Of a DNA stretch of 64,000 nucleotides, positions 27,446 through 37,706 are shown in pieces (within the stretch, counting starts at the first letter, position 1; each line of letters begins with the position of its first letter). Made by a program: the position numbers and the translations under genes. The notes beneath the pieces are model-generated. The model had not been told where the DNA came from, did no database searches, and worked only from the letters and a program-made list of their open reading frames with translations. The stretch is from Geosiphon pyriformis uo1 (lineage: Eukaryota > Fungi > Glomeromycota), in the NCBI GenBank assembly GCA_016748015.1, contig JAAOMT010000515.1:355249-419248 (forward strand). Direction: 5' to 3'.

Positions 27446-27452
27446 TGTGTGT
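27414..27452. repeat. (GT)n microsatellite
   Basis: Visible GT dinucleotide run. Confidence 0.9.
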
Positions 27453-28429
27453 GGTTTTGAACTCAACAGCAAAAAAGTAAATTTTATTACGTTTTTTTCT
27501 TGGGATTATTATATTTTTGGAAAATTTTGATATGTTTTAATTGGTCGGTTAAATTTAAAACAAACCATTAAAAAATCTTATTCGTGAATGTCATCTCTCT
27601 CTTATTTTCATAATTAAAAAAAAAAAAGGATAAGTAATCAATAAAAAAAAGGCAAATATTTATTATTTTTATTTATTTATTAAATTAAAATTTTAGTGTG
27701 TAAATAAATAAAAATCTTGTATGTTCCTAAAAAAAAATATATATCTTTTAATCAAAAAAAAAAAAAAAAGGCATAATTTCATTCATGTATCAATATGATT
27801 AATTCAAAAGTGTGGCATTCATGAAAAAAGAAGCATACAACCCTTTGAATCATGTTTATTCAATTTTTACGCCAAAAAATTTGTGCCCAATTTTTTAACT
27901 TGGAAAACCTCGTTTAAACAATAATGCCCAAGCTATTCAAAGAGATATCAATAACATAATAACATCGAAACTTATTCATCTACCAACAAAGTAAGGGATA
28001 TACTATTTAGTGACACCACCATTAAAATGTATTTGAAAATTTTTTTTGGTCATTTTTGATCGACACAAAGCTTTTTTGCTTTGAATCGATTGCAGAAATT
28101 GCTGTCACCATACCTTGTTGTTTACATTTCAACTTTAATGTTACCTATATACCGCGTAGGCGAGATTTCTTTCTCTTCAATCAAGTCACAATTTAAAAAA
28201 AGAAATAATTTAAAAGGTTCATAAAAATAACCTTTTTAAAGATATCACAATCTCTAATATCGCGCCACTAAATTGGTTTGCTCAAAAAAGAGATCAATAT
28301 ATTAGTGATGCTTGGTGGTGATGATGATGATGATGATATTGATGATATTGATGATATTGAACATATTGATGATGATTATGGATAGTACCCAGTTGAGACG
28401 TTGAACGTGGGATGATGTAAATTGAAAAG

Positions 28430-28437
28430 TATATAAA
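28430..28437 (+). promoter_or_regulatory. Putative TATA box of the aquaporin gene
   Basis: TATATAAA about 170 nt upstream of ATG 28601. The AT-rich background weakens the call. Confidence 0.4.
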
Positions 28438-28600
28438 GAGCATTTAAATCAGACGAGGAAAAATAAAAACTTCATTGCTTTTTTACTTTGATTTAAAAAC
28501 CAAAAAGAATAAAACTATTCAACTTCTACTTTTCTCAACATTATTTTTTCTTTCAATTAAATTTTGAATTCAGCTAAAAATAAAAAAAATCATTCAAAAA

Positions 28601-30100
28601 ATGACATCTCAAAACTTCACTCAAGAAAACAAATCAATTCAACCAATTCCACGCAGCTTCAGTAAATTCCGTTCCCAAGATAATTCTATTCCACCAACTA
28701 GTGAACGAATAGTCGATATTCCCAACTTCAAAGAAGATTTAAAGTATAACTATGATCGTCCAGTGAGCTGTGGGTCAACCAACAGTGGGGCAACATTAAT
28801 ACCCACTATCAATTCCCGATTTGCCGCTGCGAATTCTACCAATGATGACGCAATTCATATCGATATGCCTAAAAAAAAAACTAATGATTTACAAGATATT
28901 GAAATGTACTCGTTTGAAAACGACGAACCAAAGGAAGAGTATCTATCTCTACGAGAAATGTTTGATAAAAAAGAGCTTTTAAAAATTCATGTTTGGCGAC
29001 AAGCTTGTGCTGAATTTGTGGGCACTTTGTGTTTGGAATTTTGGATTGGTGCTGTCGTTGTTGGAACGCTGGTCTCTGAGTAAGTAGTAACGATCCATTT
29101 AATTTTGTGAGCTCTCGAATTGTGACAAGTGACTTTGCGAAAAATTTTTTAATTCTATCAGTTCGTGAAAATTCAACAATAAATTAATCAATCAATCAAT
29201 CAATCAATAAATAAATAAATAAATAAATAAATCCAAATCAATCCATCAAGAGAAACTAATTATTTGTGGCTTTGTTTAGTTTTACCCTCAAACCTTTCCT
29301 AATCGGATTTGGCCACTTACCGATCCTCACTCTCTTGATCTTAGTGATAGGACCGATATCAGGTATGAATGCTAGTTGGATGGGTTAGATTTGGACCTAT
29401 CCACAAAACACATGTAGATTAACATACCTTCCATATTCGGTGACTAGGTGCCCATATTAACCCTTTGTTCACTTTCGCGACAATGTTCACTCGTCTCATG
29501 TCCGTTCCTCGAGGTCTAGTCTACATCGCGTTTCAAATCGCTGGTGGTACAGTCGGTGCTCTATTGTTAAAAGCAGTCACTTCCTCCGACTATATTGAAA
29601 AAACAAACCTCGGCCTATGTAATTTCGATTCAAAAAAAATCAATGCGGGAGATGCAATGCTTGCTGAAGCAATTTTCGATTTTGGACTTCTTATGGTCTT
29701 ATTTTTGACTGCGTTTGATCCTTATTCCAAGAAAAATTTTTCACCAAAAGTTGCCGCGTTTATTATTGGATCTACCTTCGCTACCTTGGCATGGCTTAGT
29801 GGTGGGATTAATTCTGGGTGGGGTGGAGCTTCGTTGAACCCGGTGAAATGTTTTGCATATTCAGTAGCGCTTTCAGATTTTTCAGGTAAATTTAAAAGTC
29901 TCCAAAACATTTGAAAATTGCCCCACAGCTTACTTAAAATTCTTTAAACTAATTTAAACTTTCATATCACAGATCACTGGGCATTCTGGGTTGCACCACT
30001 CTTAGCATCTAGTGTCTACGCTCTAATTTACAACATTCTCGCGCCTTACGCACCATTGTCATCAACCAGATCTAGACGCAATAAGACTGTTCGCGCCTAA
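28601..30100 (+). CDS. Aquaporin / major intrinsic protein, XIP-like
   Basis: Exons 28601-29079, 29280-29362, 29448-29885 and 29973-30100 give WRQACAEFVGT, GPISGAHINPLFT, loop-C NLGLC, WGGASLNPVKCF and HWAFWVAP. The N-terminus is long and hydrophilic. Confidence 0.92.
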
Positions 30101-31121
30101 TTCTTGTCAAATATTTAGATAATCTTGATTTGTTGCATAAATATGTATATATATACATGGTTATCATTAAACTTTTGTGTGACTGTATTTTGTATTTGTA
30201 AATATCTGTATTAGCTAACAAACATTTTTGAATATCAAAGTTTTTTGGTCTAGTACAGCTGGATAGTTTCTATTTGAACTTTCTTTTTCCTGTGTATTTT
30301 AGCGGTTAAAAAAAAAATTTTTTTTAAGTAGGTGAAAAAGCCGATGAATCTTTGACTAAAAATTACACAAATCTCAATATATTTTTATTTGTGGGGGACT
30401 GATGAATAAAAAAAAAAATTTTTCAGTTTTTAAATACAGGAGGGAGACTGTGAGTAACATATTGACAATAGAGATAAAGTTTAGAGTGTGTAACCATTGT
30501 TCTAAAAATATTCCCATTTTAGAAAAATCCGAGTAAGAAAGAATGGTCATAATAAATTTAATTTAAATAGTTTTTCTATCACTCTTTGTTTCCTTTTGAA
30601 AAAAATTTTAAATTCAAAGATATGTTGAAATTATTTCTTTTTAAGAAACTTAAAATTTGGTTAAACTTTAATAAAATTAAAAACTCTTTGAGTACGCACA
30701 TTTCATAGATGACATGTAGATCAGAAAGTTTTTTTTCGTACATATATAACCCTCACACGTGCCATCTTTGAGTGGGAATGATCTAATGTTTGAGTTCATA
30801 TCACTTCCAATTTTTTGATGAGAACAGGGAATTCTGCAAGAAAAATTAAATTTTTTAATTTCTTATGAATGCGTCCATCCATTGAATAATGGCCGTTTTT
30901 TAATTATAAATAAATAGGATATTTAGAAAGTTTGTAGTTCTTGACTATTTTTACCGCTAATCAAAAAAAGACAATTGATCGTTTTAGAAGTGAGATTTGC
31001 CCTTCTATTTCTTTTTAAAGTTTTAACCTTATTTCGTTTAAAGATATACAATTGACTCATTTTTTAATAAAATAAACAAGAATTTTTTGTTAATTTCATT
31101 TACCCTTTTATGATTATTTTC

Positions 31122-31196
31122 GTTGTTATTGTTATTGTTATTGTTATTGTTATTGTTATTGATATTGTTATTGTTATTGTTGTTGTTGTTGTTGTT
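31122..31196. repeat. (GTTATT)n/(GTT)n microsatellite
   Basis: Visible tandem repeat. Confidence 0.9.
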
Positions 31197-33423
31197 TGAT
31201 CATTGTTCAAGTGAACCTCACCTATTACATCTACAATCGAACATGTCTAAGATAAAAAATAGCGGGTAAATATATTTTAGGTTAATCACATCAAGGATTT
31301 TTATTCAATTTTTAGCAAAGTAGTTTTATTTTATTTATTTAGAACACACAAGTAACTGGCCAACACATTACAGATGACCTCAATGGGTATCGGGAATAGA
31401 ATTATAAACGACTATCGTCCATTCTACAAACGATGACAATAGGTTTTAAAAAAGGAGAACCATCAAAGATTAAGATCAGAATTTTTAATTAATCACTGTG
31501 ATCCTGCAATCTTGTACATGCAAAACCCCCCCTCCCCCAACTAATCGAAAATGACAATTTTAATTTAACAAGTTTCGCATGAAATTGTGTATCTGAAAAG
31601 GTCACAAAATTCACGATTGATTCAAAAAAAAAAAAAAAAATCTTTTCTATAAAATGCATGATTATAAGTTTTTCCTGACTTTATTAAGTTTATATGGTAA
31701 TCAATTGTATTTTAGTTGACAAGCTGGGTTCTTTGTGAAATGAATTTTAGAAAAAATTGTACAAACATAATAAAGTTTTAAAAAAATTTAAAATTTTTCA
31801 GGTGTTCTTTTTGGGATCAATTTTTAGATTAGGAAATTCTGATGGAAGAGGGTCAACGTAAAATAAGTTAGAAATTTTTTTTTTCTTTCGACTTTTTACG
31901 TTTGCATTATCAAGTATTACTCTCATCTTAAATCTATTTGTAAACTTTCCTATAGTGTGTTTGCTTTTTATTTCTTTTTAGAAAGTTATCAAAGTTTGAG
32001 ATTGGGAGTAACATTGATTTGATATTGATTAACGAACTTAATTCGTTGTTTAAAGGGGTTAGCCACACTTATATCCTTTTTTTAAAAGAAGATATTTTCG
32101 GAAGATTTTGTCAATCAGCCAAAAAAAAATTATTATTAAAAAAATTAAAATTAAAATTATAGAAATTGATTTTCTAAAATTCAGACATAAAACAATTTTT
32201 TAAAATTACACTAAATCAAAACTTTTGAATTTGAAAAATACAGATTTCTGTTATTTATTCTTTGAAATCTAAGCTTATAAATAGGTGTTTACGTATTTTG
32301 CAAAGTATTTTTAATTTAAATCGAAAAAAAAAACATTAAATAAGTTTTCCAATTTTTCCGTATCCTAGATCATATTAATAAATTTAAAAATTTTCTCAGA
32401 TTCCAATGAATATTAGTTAAATTTGGGGTATTTCATTTTAATCCTTACAGAGATTTTTAAATATAAATGTATTAAGTTGCATAGCATCTTCTATGCTTTA
32501 TTGTTTGCTATTCGTATATTTTAAACATTGAAAAAATTTTAAACTATATAGGTGAAGTAGTTTATCAACAAATATTTATTTTTAATGATGAGAAGGAATC
32601 TTTTATCTTAATAATATGATATTTATAATTGATCCCCGCATATGATTTTATTTTCTGATAGATTTTATCTGAGTGACGTATCTGGATGATAATTTACCCT
32701 TTTTTTAAATATTATTCTCTTGGCCGTGGGGATATATACTTTATAAATACGATCAACGAGAGTATTTACAAAGTTGAGTTTCTTTTTTGCATCGTTAAAA
32801 CATAAAATTTTTTTTATTTGAATGCAATATCTTACAAATAATGGTTACTAATTCAAATCATCAGAGGATATACTTTAGTTATATCAGGAGAAGGAGCTTT
32901 TGGATCAAATTTTCTAAGTAGCGCTGAAGTTACTCTTTTTTTTTAAAAAAAAAAAAAAAATTAGCCTTCAAGCAGTTCTTAACTTAAATAGAGTTTAGGC
33001 GGTTGCTATCATATTTTAGGATGCAATAATTTTTATAAAGATCAATTGAAGTTATAAAGGACTTGAAATAATATTACTTCATTTTGTTAAGAATTTGTTA
33101 ATTTCTGGCATACTCAAAGATATATAATGTTTTTTGAACTTGAAAATTTGAAGAGCTGATTTTTTTACAAATTTTGTCTCTACAATTTTTTCAAACCTTT
33201 ATTAAGGAACCTTTTTTCCTAATCTACTCCCACGCCTTTTTCAATCATCTCCATTTTGTTTGTGACTTGAAATTAACTTTATAATTTTAAAATTGTACAC
33301 AACTGCATCTAATTATTCAGATGCTAAAAATTTGTAGCTTGAATTTGTAGTTATAACAGCAAAGTCTAAAAATTTATTGAAATTTAAACCAACCAAAGCT
33401 TGAATCAATATTTACCATTGTAT

Positions 33424-33542
33424 TTATGTATCTATGTATCTATGTATGTATGTATGTATGTATGTATGTATGTATGTATGTATGTATGTATGTATGTATG
33501 TATGTATGTATGTATGTATGCATGTATGTATGCATGTATGTA
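33424..33542. repeat. (TATG)n microsatellite, left flank of the Tc1-like element; resumes at 34982-35021
   Basis: Tandem TATG units directly abut the TA target site on both sides of the element. Confidence 0.95.
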
Positions 33543-34897
33543 CAGAGGGGTATAAAAAGTATTGGACACTTAATATAATATATAAAAAAGGCTATATATT
33601 GAAATACCATTACCAATTTAAGCCATAATTTTTTTTATAATTACTTATAGTTATAATCTACAAATCAACATAAATCGCGTCCTTGTAAAACACAACAGTG
33701 GATCATACGCGTATTTATAAAATATCAAACATTCTTGTCGTGAAAAAATTTACCGCATCAAATGTGTCTTAGAAAAGAACTTTCTGAATACCAAAAAGGA
33801 GGGATTATTTCAGCAAAAAAGTTAGGACATACAAATAGTAAGATTTCAACGACTATTGGATGTTCACGTTCTTCTGTAATACGTGTATGGAAGTCATACG
33901 AGCTAAAAAAACTTCCTAAAAAACGAACGGGCCGACCACAAATTCTTGACAAACGCGCACGTGAACAACTCAAATATTCAATAATGGAGAATAAAGAAAC
34001 CCGCCGCCAAACTCTTTCTCAAATACGATTGAATTTTATTAAAGATACCAACAAATCTATTTCTATACAAACTATTCGAAATGGATTAGCTCAAGAAGGA
34101 CTTCGCTCGTGCATTCCTCGTCTCAAGCCATTAATTTCCAAATCAAATAAAGAAAAACGTTTACAATGGGCTCGTACTTATGAAAATTGGACAGTAGAAG
34201 ATTTTAAACGAGTTGTTTGGTCAGATGAATCTACATATACACAATTTAGGACTACAGGATTTGGACGTGTATGGCGTAAACCTTCCGAAGAGTTTCATAA
34301 GGATTGTATTGCAGCCACAGTTAGAAAAAGCTTTGGTCGCATGTTTTGGGGATGTTTTTCATGGGTTGGTTTGGGTCCTTTAGTTCCTTTGGTTGGTCAT
34401 ATTACTGGAGTTATACACCGCGAAACCTTGGTTAATTATGCAATTCCTACAGTAAAACTTCATGCAAAAAAAACTAAAAAAAAGTTTTTTTTTCAGGAAG
34501 ACAATGCACCAATTCACACATCAAAAGTCGCGCGTTCTTTTCTTACCTCTTCAAATGTTGAATTACTTCCTTGGCCAGCACAAAGTCCTGATATTACTCC
34601 AATAGAAAATCTTTGGTCATATATTGAAGTTAAAATTCGTCAACGTAATTCACAACCCTCAAATATTGTACAATTGGAACAGTGGGTTAAGGAAGAATGG
34701 GATGCGATACCTGTAAATTACTATCGTAATTTGATCAAGTCTATGCCACGTCGAGTTCAAGCTATTCTTGAAGCAAATGGGGGTCAAACAAAATACTAAC
34801 ATGTATTTTAATATAAAAAAAAAAAATTAACGATTCATAAGTTAGTTCTTTTATATAACATATTATAAAAGTGTCCAATACTTTTTATACCCCCCTG
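33543..34897 (+). mobile_element. Intact Tc1-like (DD34E) DNA transposon
   Basis: 29-bp TIRs CAGAGGGGTATAAAAAGTATTGGACACTT (33543-33571) and its reverse complement at 34869-34897 with 1 mismatch. TA flanks at 33541-42 and 34898-99. Contains a full transposase ORF. Confidence 0.95.
33762..34799 (+). CDS. Tc1-family transposase, 345 aa
   Basis: N-terminal HTH with GRP motif; WSDES, FQEDNAP and SPDITPIENLW with 34 residues between the second D and E; C-terminal SMPRRVQAILEANGGQTKY. No stops or frameshifts. Confidence 0.96.
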   Translation: MCLRKELSEYQKGGIISAKKLGHTNSKISTTIGCSRSSVIRVWKSYELKKLPKKRTGRPQILDKRAREQLKYSIMENKETRRQTLSQIRLNFIKDTNKSISIQTIRNGLAQEGLRSCIPRLKPLISKSNKEKRLQWARTYENWTVEDFKRVVWSDESTYTQFRTTGFGRVWRKPSEEFHKDCIAATVRKSFGRMFWGCFSWVGLGPLVPLVGHITGVIHRETLVNYAIPTVKLHAKKTKKKFFFQEDNAPIHTSKVARSFLTSSNVELLPWPAQSPDITPIENLWSYIEVKIRQRNSQPSNIVQLEQWVKEEWDAIPVNYYRNLIKSMPRRVQAILEANGGQTKY

Positions 34898-34904
34898 TAA
34901 TAAT

Positions 34905-34981
34905 AAAAAATTAACGATTCATAAGTTAGTTCTTTTATATAACATATTATAAAAGTGTCCAATATTTTTTATACCCCCCTA
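34905..34981 (+). repeat. Tandem duplicate of the transposon 3' end including a second, mutated right TIR
   Basis: TTAACGATTC...GTGTCCAATA...ATACCCCCCT occurs at 34827 and again at 34911 (84-bp period). The outer TIR (34953-34981) has a C->T change and a terminal G->A change. Confidence 0.92.
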
Positions 34982-35021
34982 TATGTATGTATGTATGTAT
35001 ATATGTATGCATGTATGTATA

Positions 35022-35597
35022 CATTACTCTCAAAAAGTAACGCCCGCCTCAAAATTTTAACACAGAAATTCTGATACATTTTCCCGATTTATTTCATTTT
35101 TCACAATTTATACAGGTAATTGGCATTGAGACAATAATCTCTTCGAGAGCAGAGGTATGGAATTTCTCCCATTCCTCCTTTAACGTAGTCTTAAGTTCGA
35201 CCACAGACTTCAGAAAAACTTTACGTTTTTGGATATTGTCTTTTAACAGCTTTCAGGCCCTGGTGAATTTACTGACATTTTGATAGTAGTAATTTTATTT
35301 CCCGTTAACCATTTTTCGATTTTTCTCGCAGTATGATCAACGCGTTATCTAGCATTTATTTTTGTATTCATTATTAAATATTAATGATTCTTTTAATGCA
35401 ACAACGAAACGTCTGCTAAAAATTATAAAAAATTTTCATTTTTTCCCCGTTGTTTATATTTGACAATAAAGCGGCGTAGCTTATGTGGTCACGTCCAAGC
35501 ATTTGGACCATTTTGAGCAACATTTATGGTTTACGTGTATCCCAGAATTTTCCCTTTTTTTTTTAATATCGTTTAGCTGTGTACGAATGAACGTCAT
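35022..35597 (-). mobile_element. Decayed, internally deleted Tc1-like element (different family from the intact neighbour)
   Basis: Minus-strand translation across frameshifts and stops gives N-terminal MTFIRTQLNDIKK/GKILGY...QMLGRDH/LRRFIVKYKQRGKNEN and C-terminal DNA/HTARKIEKWL...NSP/A*KLLKDNIQKRK...ELKTTLKEEWEKF...IIVSMP. It ends at TA|CATTACTCTCAAAAAGT at 35020-35022. Confidence 0.75.
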
Positions 35598-36114
35598 TTT
35601 TACATAACGATATTATAATGTTGCCGAGCTGTTTGTTTGTTTGTTTGTTTGCCAAAAAAAAAAGGGAGAAATTTTTTTTCAAGGGTGACTGTATATAAAG
35701 AATTACATCAAGTGCTAATGATTATTATCTGAATAGCCTTTTCTAACAGTTTAATAAAAAAATTAATCGACCCTTAAAATGAAAATGTTTACTTGAAAGA
35801 TTTGTTGTCATGATAGTCAAATACGACTAATAAGACAATTATAGTTACTTGAAAAATCGCAAGAAAAACAAAAAGTAAAGTAAGAAAATTGACAAAAAGT
35901 TACCCCCTCTGGTTAAATTTTCCCGGATAAATAGCAATTCCCTAAACAGCTAGAGGCAGTATATCCGTTTTGTTTGTCTTTATTTTTCCTGAGATCAGTT
36001 CCTCATTAGCCAAGTGTTGAAATATTTTTGATACAATCGAATATCTTACTTTTTGTCTCCACTCTGGTCTTTTAAAGTTAAATTAAATCATCCAATTATA
36101 GTTTTTTACCTAAA

Positions 36115-37015
36115 ATGTTTGACCCAGATAAATCTCTTGTTATCGGTGTCCTGATTTTTCCTGGATACGACGTTTTAGACATGAATGGTCCGGTTCGAAT
36201 GTTTGGAACTCTTGCAGATACGAAAAATGTCAAGATCCACTTGATTTCAGAAAAAGGAGGAAAAGTTAAATCAGCTCAACAGATTGACAGTTTCGCTACG
36301 CATTCCTTTGAACAAGTCCCAAATAACCTCAATATTTTGCTCATTCCTGGTGAGCTCATCAAAATAATATTTATCAGGTTATGATATTTACTATTCAAAA
36401 AAAAATTTGACTCAGAATCAATATTTTCTTTAAAAGGTGGTCAAGGGACACGTACTGAATTTCAAAACCCCGCCAGTCTGAATTTTTTAAAAGCACAAAT
36501 ACCAAAAGTTGAATATATTTTAACGGTATGTACTGGAGCAGCAATGGTCGCAAATACCGGGTTTTTGGATGGTTTTTCAGCCACCACGAACAAGCTCGCA
36601 TATAATTGGGTTGTATCTACAGGTTTGTTACGAATATTTTTATGTGAATGAAAAAATTAAATCCAAATATCTAAACTATAGAAAATAATTTTAATAATAA
36701 TTTTTAATCAGGTCCAAATGTAAAATGGATTTTTAAAGCACGATGGGTAAAAGATGGAAAATTTTATACTTCGGCTGGAGGTCTGTAAAACTTTGTGATT
36801 TCTCTCACCTATGACATTGGATTCATGCTTTGAAAAATTACTTTGATTAAATCAATTGAATATTGGTTTCAGTCTCGGCAGGAATGGATATGGCACTAGG
36901 ATTTATTACAGACATTTACGGTGTCGACATGGCGAGATCTCTCGCTGTCCGCGCAGAATACGAGTGGCATGAAAATTCACAATGGGATCCATTTTCAGAT
37001 ATTTATAACTTTTAA
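36115..37015 (+). CDS. DJ-1/PfpI family protein (isonitrile hydratase/ThiJ-like clade)
   Basis: Exons 36115-36349, 36437-36622, 36712-36780 and 36873-37015 give IFPGYDVLDMNGP, LLIPGGQG, TVCTGA (catalytic Cys), ATTNK, RWVKDGKFYTSAGVSAGMDMAL and AEYEWH...DPF. Confidence 0.92.
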
Positions 37016-37706
37016 ACTGCTATCTTTTTTTAATAGTTTACAGTATTATTTTTAAATTTTAAATTAACATTATAATTTGAAAATTAATTTGAAAATTAAA
37101 ATTTTCTAATTTACTACATTTTAACATAATTTTCAGGAAGAAAACTCAACAGTAATTTTTTTTTAAATATATATATCAGCTCAAATTTTTATAAGGTAAA
37201 AATATCTTCATATGATTATTTTCATTAATTCCAATTCAGATTTTGATATTTTATAGTTTGCTAGGTAAAATAGTATAATAATTCATATTGCTTGACCTCG
37301 AATAAAAAAAAAAGTAATTTTTGGATGCTGAATAATGACGTAAATCGGGATGGAATAGAATCACTAGTAATAAAATATTTACCGATACATATACATGCTA
37401 TTTGGGCTTACAATTACTAAAAAGATTTTACAATCGGAAACAAATCAATATATTAAACTAAATGTATTTTTGGTGAAACTTTTTATTATTTGTAATCTCT
37501 CGGATATGATTCATAGAATGTTCCGATCATTTTAACTTCAAACAAATTGCCGAGTGATATTGCTTTTGTAATTCTGATTTGATTTTTACTAATAATTAAA
37601 ATCGAATTTTTCTTAATTTCAAAAATAATGCAACCGATTGATTTTAAACCATTACCAAAAAATTTTTGTATCTTTAGACTTTTTAATTTTTCTGGTAGAA
37701 CCTTCA

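Noticed and set aside
27248-27460. ORF ending VCVCVCV
   Set aside because: Translation of a (GT)n repeat in AT-rich intergenic DNA.
33434-33628. ORF MYVCMYVC...
   Set aside because: Translation of the (TATG)n microsatellite and the TIR.
34827-34981. Direct repeats that might suggest a CRISPR-like array
   Set aside because: Only two copies with no unique spacers, explained by duplication of the transposon end, in a eukaryotic context.
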